In this document: positions 49,597-59,844 of the stretch, piece by piece | Layout of the letters: every line of letters begins with the position of its first letter | Numbering within the stretch: the first letter of the stretch is position 1 | Source: Candidatus Obscuribacteraceae bacterium | GTDB taxonomy: Bacteria > Cyanobacteriota > Vampirovibrionia > Obscuribacterales > Obscuribacteraceae | Reading direction: 5' to 3' | Length of the DNA stretch: 64,000 bases | Assembly (NCBI GenBank): GCA_044226015.1 | Contig: JBGAHS010000003.1 | Span: 64,001-128,000, forward strand | The notes under the pieces: generated by a model | What the model was told of the DNA's origin: nothing | The model's input: the letters and a program-made list of their open reading frames with translations, nothing else | The model's database searches: none | Program-made: the position numbers and the translations under genes

Positions 49597-50822
49597 TCCT
49601 CTATTGCCTCCACCTTCAAAGTCAATTTGCCGGAGGACAATGTTGCAATTAGAGTTTCATTCAATTGCACATCACTTGAGCTGCGAACAATACTTCCATC
49701 AGATTTTTGCAGAATAGAGAATCCCCTCTTCAACACATTCAGGGCACTAAGCGCTAAAAGTTTTTCCTCTGCGCGCTTGAGCCGGTGATGAACGTTGTTG
49801 AGCTTAAATTCCATCGCCTTGTGCAGCCTGGAGCGCTTGCTTTCAACTTGCAAAACAAAGCGATGCAATTTTTCAGCATGACGATGTAAGGCATGACGTG
49901 GGTCGAGCCTTTGCAAAGCCAGCCTGGCTCTCGCGACTCTTTGTTCAACAGAATGAGTTAGGCGACGATTTAAGTTCGTCCAACGCTCAACAAGTTCAAA
50001 TCGACGTTTTGCAACGAGTTCAGCCGCAGCAGTCGGAGTTGGTGCACGCAAATCTGCAACAAGATCGCAAATGGTAGTATCAGTCTCGTGCCCTATTCCA
50101 CTAATAATAGGTATTCGCGATGAACACACTGCTCGAGCCACTATTTCAGTATTGAAAGACCACAAGTCCTCGATAGAGCCGCCTCCACGAGCCACGATAA
50201 TCACATCGATATCATTGAACGATTGCAGATCATTTATTGCAGCAACGACTTCCTGCGCACTACCATCACCCTGCACACGACACGGAGCTATGAGCACCTG
50301 AGCATCAGGATTTCGTCGCTGCAGTGCGGTAAGAATGTCACGAAGCGCAGCAGCTGCTGGACTCGTAACGATGCCGATTCGGCGGGGCAAAAGTGGAATC
50401 GGGCGTTTTCGCTCAGGAGCCAGAAGCCCCTCCGCCTCCAGTTTAACTTTTAGCTGATCAAAAGCCAGCTGCCATTGCCCAATGCCCAGAGGTTGCAGCG
50501 TGTTGACTATCATCTGGTAGCCACCCTTAGGAGCATAAACAGACAATTTACCGCGAGCCACCACTTGCATTCCGTCTTGCAAATCAAAGGGAATGTACTG
50601 GGCAGCGCTTCTCCAACAAACACACGGCAAGACAGAATCTTTGTCTTTCAACGAAAAATACAAGTGCCCTGAAGGATGCAGGCGAGCATTGCTTACCTCG
50701 CCTGAAACGGAAAAATATGAGAATTTGTCTTCTAAAGTGCTCTGAATTTGCGCAGTCAACTCAGAGACGGTCAGGACCTGCTGTTTTGATGACCTGGCGC
50801 GAAATGTCGGTTGCTTTATCAT
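49593..50822 (-). CDS. xseA: Exodeoxyribonuclease VII large subunit
   Basis: LTVSEL, GEVSN, SGHLYFSLKD, RGGGSIEDLWSFN, GIGHETD, APTPTAAAE; start ATG 50822 with GGAGG RBS. Confidence 0.96.
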   Translation of the reverse strand: MIKQPTFRARSSKQQVLTVSELTAQIQSTLEDKFSYFSVSGEVSNARLHPSGHLYFSLKDKDSVLPCVCWRSAAQYIPFDLQDGMQVVARGKLSVYAPKGGYQMIVNTLQPLGIGQWQLAFDQLKVKLEAEGLLAPERKRPIPLLPRRIGIVTSPAAAALRDILTALQRRNPDAQVLIAPCRVQGDGSAQEVVAAINDLQSFNDIDVIIVARGGGSIEDLWSFNTEIVARAVCSSRIPIISGIGHETDTTICDLVADLRAPTPTAAAELVAKRRFELVERWTNLNRRLTHSVEQRVARARLALQRLDPRHALHRHAEKLHRFVLQVESKRSRLHKAMEFKLNNVHHRLKRAEEKLLALSALNVLKRGFSILQKSDGSIVRSSSDVQLNETLIATLSSGKLTLKVEAIEE

Positions 50823-51297
50823 TTTCGCCCTCCTGCAGACAGATCGTAAGCCACTATTGATGCGAAACGCATCGAAAACGACGAGCAACTTTATCGGCTC
50901 GCGTTATTTTATCGCCCCTTCTATTGAAGACGTTCGCTAAATCCAAAAAGTTCAACGAAAAAAACGGAATTTAAGGATTTAATCGAGACGAAGAAAAACC
51001 GCACAGATAGCCGTCGAATATACGGCAGGGATCGCGGGAATATCTCGCCGCTCCTCCAAGAGGCACTGATCATCAGGAAGGAGCTCCAAAAGCTATACAA
51101 ACACCCACCAGGAGATATCCCCAAAACCTTGATGTCAAGCCGGTTTCGAAGGTTCTAGCAGGGGAACAATATAGTCAGAAAAGGGTCATAGATGAGTAGA
51201 AGAGAACGAATTTAAATTGACGTAGTTGCCTGTCATGCCGTATATTAGTATGACATACAAAAGTTTGGTATCACAAGAAGCACGGGGGGGACGGATA

Positions 51298-52104
51298 ATG
51301 GACCGCACCTTATTTACGCCTGCCATGATTGAAACCTTTAGAGTCTGCAGACGTGCATACGAACTGGCTTTTCTCAAAACGAGAGAAGGCGGCACGATGA
51401 AATTGAGCACGATCTGCAAGCGATTCCTATTAAAAGCAATCGCGGAAGTTAATCGCGGCCGAATTAAAAACCCAAACGAAGCCCAACGATATATAGGACA
51501 GCAGTGGAATTCACTAAAAATTGAAAGCAATGCTCCTGAAGATCTGCAAAACAAGAGCGTGCAAGCTTTCCGTTTTTCATACCGCGCCCTGCTGAGCTAC
51601 GTTTCCCATCCATATAGACCAGCAGAAACCGAAATAGTCGCAGTAAATACAACAATGAGAGCTAGAGTCCCTCATGCAGGTGTTTATCTGGAAGACGTTT
51701 TTGACCTTATCCTCTGGCACCCACAAGACAAGACGCTGGAGATAGTGGACTACCATCTTAATCCTTTGAAATCATTTGACCCAGCATGGCCTGCGCCATC
51801 TATTCTCATCAAGCAATTTCTTTGCGAAAAGCTCAGGAGTAGACTTCCATTCGAACGAATCAAACTGACTTTCGTTCACATTCAATCGCAAGGTCAAGGA
51901 ATTCATAGCATCGAACTCGATGAGTCTGTATATCGACTGCACTGGCCTAGCATCGTTGATACCCTCGGCGAGATGAAAAGCGCAAAGGAATTTCCACCGC
52001 ACGTCAGCGAAGTTTGCAAGCGCTGCGAACTTCTTTCACCATGCCAGAGCATGGGCACATTCACTGGTGAGCCCCGCAATGACGTGGTTTATCGCAGCGC
52101 CTGA
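51298..52104 (+). CDS. RecB-family PD-(D/E)XK nuclease-like protein, probably catalytically degenerate, with four Cys
   Basis: TPAMIETFRVCRRAY, LEDVFDLI, LEIVDYH (usually DYK), CKRCELLSPC. Confidence 0.7.
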   Translation: MDRTLFTPAMIETFRVCRRAYELAFLKTREGGTMKLSTICKRFLLKAIAEVNRGRIKNPNEAQRYIGQQWNSLKIESNAPEDLQNKSVQAFRFSYRALLSYVSHPYRPAETEIVAVNTTMRARVPHAGVYLEDVFDLILWHPQDKTLEIVDYHLNPLKSFDPAWPAPSILIKQFLCEKLRSRLPFERIKLTFVHIQSQGQGIHSIELDESVYRLHWPSIVDTLGEMKSAKEFPPHVSEVCKRCELLSPCQSMGTFTGEPRNDVVYRSA

Positions 52105-52137
52105 GTCAAACTAATTTTTAGACGGAATGGTAAGAGG

Positions 52138-52171
52138 ACGCCGCACTTTCTTTCAGAGAGTGCGGCGTTTG
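52138..52171 (+). terminator. Hairpin terminator
   Basis: acgccgcactttc...gagagtgcggcgt followed by ttg. Confidence 0.65.
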
Positions 52172-52423
52172 TGTATGAGATTGCCAAATTGAAAATCACT
52201 AGCAACAAGAAAGAATCGAGCTGCAATGCCCATTCCACTTGTCATGCCGAAAATGCGAAGCCGTGAAAATTCGAGCATTGTATTGGTATATAATCAGTTT
52301 CCTTCAACTGGCTTTAAGCCAGAAGCCAGGCTGAGTCAGCCTGGAGTCGTATTTAGAAGATTTTTTGAGTCGCTAAAAGAGACTTGATGACGAGTATTCG
52401 CCTTTACAGGAGAGACAAGCGAA

Positions 52424-52861
52424 ATGGACAAGCAAAAAGTATTGGAAGCCCTCAATTTGGACCTGGAGCATGAAATGTCGGCGATTGTCCGATACTTGCA
52501 CCATTCATTCATCGTTACCGGACCAACCAGAGGACCACTCGTTGGTATGTTTAGAGCTCAAGCCAACGACTCAATGCAGCACGCAATCATGCTCGGCGAA
52601 AAAATCGTTGCTCTGGGCGGGCACCCATCAGTAAAAATCCAGGAAGTGTACGAGCCAGGCGAACAAACAATTGAACAAATGCTTGAAGAAGACCTGGAGA
52701 TGGAAAAGCACCACGTCGGCATGTACGAAAAGCAACTTCAACTCGTTCAAGACAATACAGCACTAAAACTGATGATTGAACAAATTATTGTTGAAGAAAC
52801 AACGCACGTTGAACAGCTCGAAATGTACCTCGGACCTAGAAGAGCAATGGCCAAAGTATAG
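52424..52861 (+). CDS. Bacterioferritin-like/ferritin-like protein
   Basis: LNLDLEHEMSAIVRY, DSMQHA..LGEKIVALGGHP, EDLEME, EETTH. Confidence 0.85.
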   Translation: MDKQKVLEALNLDLEHEMSAIVRYLHHSFIVTGPTRGPLVGMFRAQANDSMQHAIMLGEKIVALGGHPSVKIQEVYEPGEQTIEQMLEEDLEMEKHHVGMYEKQLQLVQDNTALKLMIEQIIVEETTHVEQLEMYLGPRRAMAKV

Positions 52862-52924
52862 TTGATTTGAAAACATCTGGTGTTGAGGTGAATTTCGATT
52901 TGCCTCAACACTTTATTTTAGGAG

Positions 52925-54250
52925 ATGGACAGAATGAGCGCTAAAGCAAGAACTAAAGTGGATTTGATCGTGCATCCAATTGCTGAGATGGTTACTGCAA
53001 TTGCGTCCGACGAGCCACTGCACGGCGCCGAAATGTCCAATCTCACACGCATAAAAAATGCTGCAATTGCAGTAAACAACGGGGTATTTGTTCACTGCGG
53101 TGAAGCAGATGAGGTACTACAGGCGGTAGAACTAAAAGATGGTGGCAGAAAAATTGACGCTTCCGACAAAGTGGTTTTGCCAGGGTTTGTAGATCCACAC
53201 ACTCACCTCGTATTTGCAGGAAACCGCGCAAACGAGTTTTTGATGCGCTGCCAGGGCAGAAGCTATCAAGAAATAGCTAAAGCTGGTGGTGGCATCGTTG
53301 CAAGCATGAATGCTACTCGCACAGCCACCGTCGAGCAACTTATTGAAAGCGGAAAGAAAAGGCTGCAAAAAATGTTGGCTCATGGCACCACAACTTGCGA
53401 AGTAAAAACGGGCTATGGCTTAAGTTCAGATAGCGAACTAAATATGATGCGTGCCATCTTCAAGCTTTCAAAAGCACAGCCACTAGAGTTGGTGCCAACC
53501 TTCATGCCGGCGCATGCGTTTCCACCAGACCATGAGCGCGGTGAGTATCTGCGCTCTATAAAGCAAGATATGCTACCGGCGCTCTCAAAGATGGTGAAGG
53601 AAGAGAATATATCCGATACCGTTTATCAGGATGCATTTTGTGATGAAGGTTATTTCACACTTGCTGAAACGCGCGACATATTGCAAGAAGGATTGAAGTA
53701 TGGCTTCCACCCCAAGGTGCATGCTGATGAGTTTGTAAATCTTGGCGCTTCGTCCATGGCGGTCGAGCTAAAAGCCGCTAGCGCAGACCACCTTTTGAAT
53801 ATTTCTGCCTCTGAAATCGCACTTATGGCTGCCTCAGATACGGTGGCAGTCCTTTTGCCGGGCACGTCCTTTTTCCTCAACCTGAAAGAGCATGCAGCAG
53901 CAAGAGCTATGGTCGATGCAGGGGTCGCCGTAGCTATTGGAACGGACTACAATCCAGGCTCATGCCACATCTATTCCATGCCATTCATTATCGGACTGGC
54001 ATGCCTTCACCTCAAACTCACACTTGCCGAAGCAATATGCGCGGCGACAGTAAACTCGGCCTTCGCTCTCGGAAGAGGAAAAACGATCGGACAGCTGAAA
54101 TCTCAATACCAGGCTGACTTCCTGGTGCTCGACATCTCTAGCGTCGAAGAGCTTCCTTACAACATGACTGCAAATCCAGTGTCCATGGTCTTCAAAAAAG
54201 GAGAACTCGTGGCACCATATTTGGGGCGCACCACCGCTGATGCCATTTAA
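52925..54250 (+). CDS. hutI: Imidazolonepropionase
   Basis: PGFVDPHTHLVFAGNRANEF, GTTTCEVKTGYGL, KVHADE, SADHL, LLPGT, GTDYNPGS. Confidence 0.95.
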   Translation: MDRMSAKARTKVDLIVHPIAEMVTAIASDEPLHGAEMSNLTRIKNAAIAVNNGVFVHCGEADEVLQAVELKDGGRKIDASDKVVLPGFVDPHTHLVFAGNRANEFLMRCQGRSYQEIAKAGGGIVASMNATRTATVEQLIESGKKRLQKMLAHGTTTCEVKTGYGLSSDSELNMMRAIFKLSKAQPLELVPTFMPAHAFPPDHERGEYLRSIKQDMLPALSKMVKEENISDTVYQDAFCDEGYFTLAETRDILQEGLKYGFHPKVHADEFVNLGASSMAVELKAASADHLLNISASEIALMAASDTVAVLLPGTSFFLNLKEHAAARAMVDAGVAVAIGTDYNPGSCHIYSMPFIIGLACLHLKLTLAEAICAATVNSAFALGRGKTIGQLKSQYQADFLVLDISSVEELPYNMTANPVSMVFKKGELVAPYLGRTTADAI

Positions 54251-54498
54251 GTTCTAATCTTTTTCCCAAAAGACGCTTTACTATCCTTATCAGACATAGC
54301 TATATATGTATTAAGGCCCGTTGCGAGATCTAACAGTTCTCACATTCGCACTTTAAAGAATCGATGCAATCTTTTTTCGATTTACCGTTTACTATTTTCC
54401 GCCATTAGATATAATTTTTAGCAACGCCACCACTGGCGGGGACCATTTCGTTTTAGCAACACGAACTCCACTCATCTAATCCATGAGGATTTTCCTTC

Positions 54499-54921
54499 AT
54501 GCCCGAAGCAAATCGCAAACAGAACCAACCTCAAAGCTCTGATCTCGAAATGAGCGGATTCGAAACTTTATTTCAGAATCCTGAAACAGAGCAAAAGAGT
54601 TCAGAAGAAGGTGCCACTGCCACCGGTGATTCATATCTCAACGGACAACTGGCAAAACTCATCGAGACAATGAGCCAACTTCTCACTTTCAATGTAGACC
54701 AGCGTGTCGAAACAGCACGTATTTCTAGTCAATTGATTGAAAACCAACGCCAACTAGTAGCTACGCAACAGATATTGATCAGATTGATGGAACGCTCCAT
54801 TGAACTGACAAGACACATCACCGCAATCGAAGAAAAATTGCCTGCGGTATTCGAATTGCCTGCGATGGTTGAGCAACTCAGAGAGAAAATGGCTTACGTC
54901 GAAAACGTAGAAATAGACTAA
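54499..54921 (+). CDS. Hypothetical coiled-coil protein
   Basis: 140-aa ORF with GAGG RBS. Confidence 0.7.
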   Translation: MPEANRKQNQPQSSDLEMSGFETLFQNPETEQKSSEEGATATGDSYLNGQLAKLIETMSQLLTFNVDQRVETARISSQLIENQRQLVATQQILIRLMERSIELTRHITAIEEKLPAVFELPAMVEQLREKMAYVENVEID

Positions 54922-55016
54922 TTTCTGAATAACTTACTAATGCATAGCTGGATGACAACATCCGGCTATTTGCATTTGCAACCCACGGTTAAATCGACGA
55001 AAAAGCCAGGCTAGAT

Positions 55017-55916
55017 GTGGGAATCCTCCCACCACCTTTATTGCTAATCACACGACTATGGATATATCCTAGTGATGTCGAGAGCATCCTCGCGGCCGGA
55101 GCCAATCCAGAAATGAGTCACTACGACCCACAAAAGTCTCAAAAGCTATACCAGCAAGCACCTGTCAAGAATGAGGGTCCAATTTTCTCCCTGAACGCCA
55201 AGAAAAATGGCAATAAATTCATGTCGCATTTATTGGGACTGGACCACGAAGAACAGAACTCTAAGGTAGCTCCTCAAAACGTTTTCAAGGGAATCAAGAT
55301 TTCTGACCTCTTCCAGGGAATCAAAATCACCCCGAATTTTCTTTTCCTCTGCCTCTTCATGGGACTCTTCTTCTGGTTATTCGTCATTTATTGGGTCCGC
55401 CATCACGAGCCACTTGCCAACCAGGTGCTTGGAACCCCCAAGGTAGACCCACAAAGAGCAGCCATCGACATGAAGCTTGTCGCTGGAGTTAAGCAGGCGT
55501 TCCCAGTTCAGACTTCTTCCACTACCGGTGAGATATACGTCCCCGGAAGCCCCGTAGCCGCTTACCAAAGTCAAGAAAAGAATAGCGCCCCTCCAGCCCA
55601 GACCGCTGCAGGGCAAAATACATCGCCGCAATCACCTGATGGCACTCAATTTGCGGCAACAACACCGAACACTCCGGCTGTGCTTGCCCAGGCACAGGCT
55701 CAATCGGCCTACGTTGCAGCGCCGGCTCAAACTGGATATCCGGCAGGAACAATGTCCTCGTCTGCATTGAACCCACAAATGCAGTATTCCCATTATGGTG
55801 CGATGCAACAGAATTACGCAGCCATGAGCAGTATGCCAGGCCGCCACGGCTCGTACATAATCGGAATTCAAACAGAGACGGGCAATACGAGAGCTCGGAC
55901 AGTAGTCTCTCGTTAA
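55017..55916 (+). CDS. Hypothetical single-pass membrane protein
   Basis: TM FLFLCLFMGLFFWLFVIYWV; start uncertain (probably ATG 55113). Confidence 0.65.
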   Translation: MGILPPPLLLITRLWIYPSDVESILAAGANPEMSHYDPQKSQKLYQQAPVKNEGPIFSLNAKKNGNKFMSHLLGLDHEEQNSKVAPQNVFKGIKISDLFQGIKITPNFLFLCLFMGLFFWLFVIYWVRHHEPLANQVLGTPKVDPQRAAIDMKLVAGVKQAFPVQTSSTTGEIYVPGSPVAAYQSQEKNSAPPAQTAAGQNTSPQSPDGTQFAATTPNTPAVLAQAQAQSAYVAAPAQTGYPAGTMSSSALNPQMQYSHYGAMQQNYAAMSSMPGRHGSYIIGIQTETGNTRARTVVSR

Positions 55917-56183
55917 AACTGGAAAGCCCTACCTCTATTAAGCATTTTTGCAAGCAATTGATCTCGATTTGCTGACATGCAGTCGCAGCTTTACATCTGC
56001 GTCAGGTCCCAGAAGCCTTGCAGCCACGTGGTTCCAATAACTGTAGCCATTGCAAGTCTACTAAGAAGCTATACGATGGATGTCTAAGGCTTTCTTACAG
56101 CATAAATTCTGGGCTAACCCTGAGTTAAAATGTGCTCTGGCAATTTAGAAATTAGTAGTAGGCCGGAATCTAAGAGTTATCAA

Positions 56184-57170
56184 ATGGACGTATTCGACAT
56201 AACAATTATTGGCGCAGGACCGACAGGACAATTCGGAAGTTTCTATGCTGGCTTGAGAGGACTCAAGACCAAAGTAGTAGATGTTCTGTCAGAAATGGGC
56301 GGGCAGCTCACAGCTCTCTACCCAGAGAAGTTTGTATACGATGTGGCTGGACACCCCAAAATTTTGGCGAAAGACCTAGCTAAGAATCTTTCGACCCAAG
56401 CCCAGCTATTCAAACAATCCATTTGCCTCGGTGAGAAAGTTACCCAAATGGAAAGAATGGAAGATGGCGTCTGGAAAATATCCACAGACGTTAAGGCAGA
56501 GCACTATACCAAGACAGTTCTTCTGGCTTTGGGTGCAGGCGCTTGCGTTCCAAAGAAACTGGATGTTGACTATCCGACCGAATTTGAAAACAAGAGCATT
56601 TTTTACGCTGTGAAGAACAAAGAACAGTTCCGCGGCAAGAATGTACTCATCATCGGTGGTGGCGACTCCGCTGTTGACTGGGCAAACGAATTCTCGCAAT
56701 TCGCAAAAGTCACCTTGATTCACCGCAGAGATGGTTTCCGCGCTGTGCAAACATCTGTTGAAGAAATGAAGCGCAGTAACGTTGACATCAAAGTCTTCTA
56801 TGAACTCAAGCAAGTAATGGGCAAGGACAAAGTCGAAGGCGCTGTGATTTTCGATAACCGCAGTGGCAAAGAGGAAACACTCCAAATAGATGCAATCCTC
56901 ATCAACATCGGCTTCGTTATCAATCTCGATTTCTTGAAATCGTGGGGACTGAATATGGAAGGCAATGCAATTGCTGTAAACGAAAAAATGGAAACAAATC
57001 TCCCTGGCGTTTACGCTGCTGGCGATATTTGCACCCATCCAGCTAAGCTCAAATTGATCGCAACCGGCGCTTCAGAAGCGGCTACAGCTGTCAACTTTGC
57101 AGCAACGTTCATCAACCCAACAGCAAAAGCGTTCCCGGGACACAGCTCAAACCTCAATCTCAGCATTTAG
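56184..57170 (+). CDS. Ferredoxin-NADP reductase, thioredoxin-reductase-like (YumC type)
   Basis: DITIIGAGPTG, GGQLTALYPEKFVYDVAG, GGGDSAVDWA, HRR, GDI, KLIATG, PGHSS; no CxxC. Confidence 0.92.
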   Translation: MDVFDITIIGAGPTGQFGSFYAGLRGLKTKVVDVLSEMGGQLTALYPEKFVYDVAGHPKILAKDLAKNLSTQAQLFKQSICLGEKVTQMERMEDGVWKISTDVKAEHYTKTVLLALGAGACVPKKLDVDYPTEFENKSIFYAVKNKEQFRGKNVLIIGGGDSAVDWANEFSQFAKVTLIHRRDGFRAVQTSVEEMKRSNVDIKVFYELKQVMGKDKVEGAVIFDNRSGKEETLQIDAILINIGFVINLDFLKSWGLNMEGNAIAVNEKMETNLPGVYAAGDICTHPAKLKLIATGASEAATAVNFAATFINPTAKAFPGHSSNLNLSI

Positions 57171-57190
57171 TTGAGACATAAACTCATCTG

Positions 57191-57224
57191 GCCAGACTAA
57201 GTATTTGTGCTTAGTCTGGCTTTT
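57191..57224 (+). terminator. Intrinsic terminator
   Basis: gccagactaag...cttagtctggc followed by tttt. Confidence 0.8.
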
Positions 57225-57321
57225 CATGCGCCGGAGATGAGAGAAATCCACTGGGTTTCTTTCGCAGTTCAAGATATAACGTAGCAAGGAGCCTTCGTGC
57301 CCATGCTACTCGGAGAAGATT

Positions 57322-57888
57322 ATGTCTATTCTTGTTGATCACGAAATTAAAGCAGAAATCGAATCAGGCAAATTGGTCATCGAACCTTACGAAGAGAGTT
57401 TGATTCAACCAAACTCCTACGATGTTCGGCTTGAAGATCGCTTCGGTTGGCACGAACGCTCAGAAGAAGTGATTGACCCTTACAAATGCGAAACCGTCCT
57501 TGCCAACGTGGTTCATGTACAAGGCGAGAGCATCCTCATTCATCCAAACCAATTTATTTTGGGAGCAACTCTGGAGAAATTCACTCTCCCTCGAGACATC
57601 GTAGGGCAGCTTACAGGGAAGTCGTCACTGGCAAGATTGGGCGTGATGGTGCATGTCACTGCAGGATTCATCGACGCAGGTTTCAGCCATCCACCGGCAC
57701 AAATCACCCTCGAAATAGTAAATGTAGGAAATAGACCTGTCAGATTACATGCTGGAATGCCAATCGGGCAGATGGTCTTCACTCGCACCGCAGAATGCAA
57801 AGTTGCCTATAATGAAAAACCGGGTTCAAAATACAACGGACAGCCAGCCGCAGCGCACAGCCGTTATTACATGAACTCCCGCGGCTAG
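57322..57888 (+). CDS. dcd: dCTP deaminase
   Basis: IQPNSYDVRL, GKSSLARLG..VHVTAGFIDAGF, ITLEI, KYNGQ. Confidence 0.95.
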   Translation: MSILVDHEIKAEIESGKLVIEPYEESLIQPNSYDVRLEDRFGWHERSEEVIDPYKCETVLANVVHVQGESILIHPNQFILGATLEKFTLPRDIVGQLTGKSSLARLGVMVHVTAGFIDAGFSHPPAQITLEIVNVGNRPVRLHAGMPIGQMVFTRTAECKVAYNEKPGSKYNGQPAAAHSRYYMNSRG

Positions 57889-58002
57889 AGCCTTCGAAGT
57901 AAACGACGATCAGTATATTAAGTCGACCGCAATCTAAAAGAGCCCCCGATCTTCCTGTATCATCAGCATGTCTGGGGCTTACTCTTTAATACAGGTGAAC
58001 TT

Positions 58003-58974
58003 ATGACTGAAGATCAAACGAATGCTGACTCCAAATCAACATCTGATTCAAATCAATCACTCAGACAAAATGAAGAAGCCGCCAAAGAAAGCACCAGGGT
58101 CGAGCCTCAGAAGAAAAACAAAAGCGCAAAAAGCATCGTCATCAGGGAATTTACCAAACTTGGCATTTATGTAGCCATCTTCTACGTGCTTTGTGGACTG
58201 CTTATTAAATTCAGCCCTGCCGTGGAATTCATTTTGCTCAGACCACAAGGAAAGAATGCATTCTACGAAGCAAAAATCGACAAGCAAGAGGTCAGTTTCG
58301 ACAACGGACACGGGGACAAACTCAACGGCTGGCTGTTCAAAGTTCCTGAATCGAAATTTGTAGTCCTGGTAAATCATGGAAATGCAGGAAACCTGATCAA
58401 CAGATTGCTAATCGCGCGAGATATAAAGCAACTTGGCTTTTCTGTTTTCCTGTATGACTACAGAGGCTATGGTGCAAGCACCGGCAAACCAACACCGAAT
58501 GGTCTCTATGAAGATGGGCTGGCTGCCTACGATTACGTCAATAAAGAGCTGGGATACAAGCCAGAACAAATCGTCATTTATGGCGAATCAATAGGCACTG
58601 GTGTTACATGCAGGGTAGCAAAAGAACGCCCTTACGCAGGTTTGATCTTGCAATCTGCACTGAGCTCATTGCCCGACGTTGCAAGAGATGGCATAGTGTG
58701 GTTTCGCGCTTACCCTGATTTTGTATTTCCAGAACCGCACTATTCATCAATATCAATTATCAAAGAACTCAAAGGACCAATCTTGTTTATTCATGGCGAA
58801 AACGACAAGATGGTACCCGCAGCGCATTCGAAAAAGATGTTTGAGTTAGCACAAGAACCCAAACAGATCGTGCTTCTGCCTCACGCTGGTCACAACGATG
58901 TTCAAGACCAGGACGAAGGTCTTTTTTATGCAGGTCTGAAAAGCTTCTTGACGAGCACAAAAGCTGGTTCCTAG
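58003..58974 (+). CDS. Membrane-anchored alpha/beta hydrolase
   Basis: HGNAGN, DYRGYG, YGESIG, IHGENDKMVP, AGHND. Confidence 0.92.
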   Translation: MTEDQTNADSKSTSDSNQSLRQNEEAAKESTRVEPQKKNKSAKSIVIREFTKLGIYVAIFYVLCGLLIKFSPAVEFILLRPQGKNAFYEAKIDKQEVSFDNGHGDKLNGWLFKVPESKFVVLVNHGNAGNLINRLLIARDIKQLGFSVFLYDYRGYGASTGKPTPNGLYEDGLAAYDYVNKELGYKPEQIVIYGESIGTGVTCRVAKERPYAGLILQSALSSLPDVARDGIVWFRAYPDFVFPEPHYSSISIIKELKGPILFIHGENDKMVPAAHSKKMFELAQEPKQIVLLPHAGHNDVQDQDEGLFYAGLKSFLTSTKAGS

Positions 58975-59232
58975 AAAAAAGGAAAAAAAATCCAGCGAAC
59001 TTCGCAGAAGCCAAAAACGAAGCAGACACCACATACGGTGCAGCTACCTGCTAACACAAGTTACAAAGCACCACGCAGATAGATTGCGAATAATCATTTC
59101 CAACAATGCAAGCGCGGGCGTCCTGGCCACCATCAAGAACCGCTCGCTACGATTACCAAGCCATACAGGTACTCGAAACGAGCGCAGCATTGCGCCACCA
59201 AAAACGATACCACTCAAAACCATCATCGAAAC

Positions 59233-59278
59233 TGAAAACCGTTACCAAAACAGGTATCTGAAATGAAAACGATTGCCA
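59233..59278 (+). promoter_or_regulatory. Two Fur/Zur-like 7-1-7 boxes
   Basis: TGAAAACCGTTACCA (59233) and TGAAAACGATTGCCA (59264), each 10/14 to TGATAATnATTATCA. Confidence 0.45.
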
Positions 59279-59440
59279 TCCCTTCACAAAACTTTTTCAC
59301 GATACAACCAGCAGTGCTTATGGAATCGGCTTTTACGGAAGCCATTAAACAAAGTCAGTTCATGCAAATTGACTTTCAGCACTATTAAAAGTAAAACAGT
59401 GAATATCCTATTTGAACCCCCTCTGCAGGAGTCACATGCA

Positions 59441-59785
59441 ATGAGCTGTACATCACACGGTGACCATACCCATAAACATGGAGCTGGTTGTGGACACAAA
59501 GCAATAAACCACGAAGGTCACGTTGATTACCTTCACGACGACCACATGCATCACGTTCATGGCGATCACGTTGACTGCCACAAAATTTCAGATTCAGAAG
59601 CTAATAAGAGCGCCTGCACTCCCGAGCACAAATGCCAGGGACATGATAACGAGCATAAGCATGGTGCCGGATGCGGACACGAGTCAGTTCCACACGGCGA
59701 CCACACATGCTATATCGTGGAAGGCCACTTGCACAGACCCTGCGGAACGCACTGCGATCACCACGGCGAAGTCTCGCTCGCATAG
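59441..59785 (+). CDS. His/Cys-rich metal-binding protein with an internal duplication
   Basis: 114 aa, 26 His, 9 Cys; HKHGAGCGH twice; AGGAG RBS. Confidence 0.85.
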   Translation: MSCTSHGDHTHKHGAGCGHKAINHEGHVDYLHDDHMHHVHGDHVDCHKISDSEANKSACTPEHKCQGHDNEHKHGAGCGHESVPHGDHTCYIVEGHLHRPCGTHCDHHGEVSLA

Positions 59786-59799
59786 ACTAAAAAAAATAT

Positions 59800-59844
59800 A
59801 GAACAAAAAAAAACGCCCCGACTCTCGGAGCGTTTTTTTGTTCT
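59800..59844. terminator. Bidirectional terminator between convergent genes
   Basis: A-run, cgccccg...cggagcg, T-run. Confidence 0.75.

Noticed and set aside
51298..52104. Cas4 of a CRISPR system
   Set aside because: No cas1/cas2 or array nearby, the catalytic Lys is missing, and the length fits stand-alone RecB-like proteins.
59273..59440. N-terminal extension of the His-rich ORF from TTG 59273
   Set aside because: The AGGAG RBS and the composition shift support ATG 59441; the extension covers likely promoter DNA.
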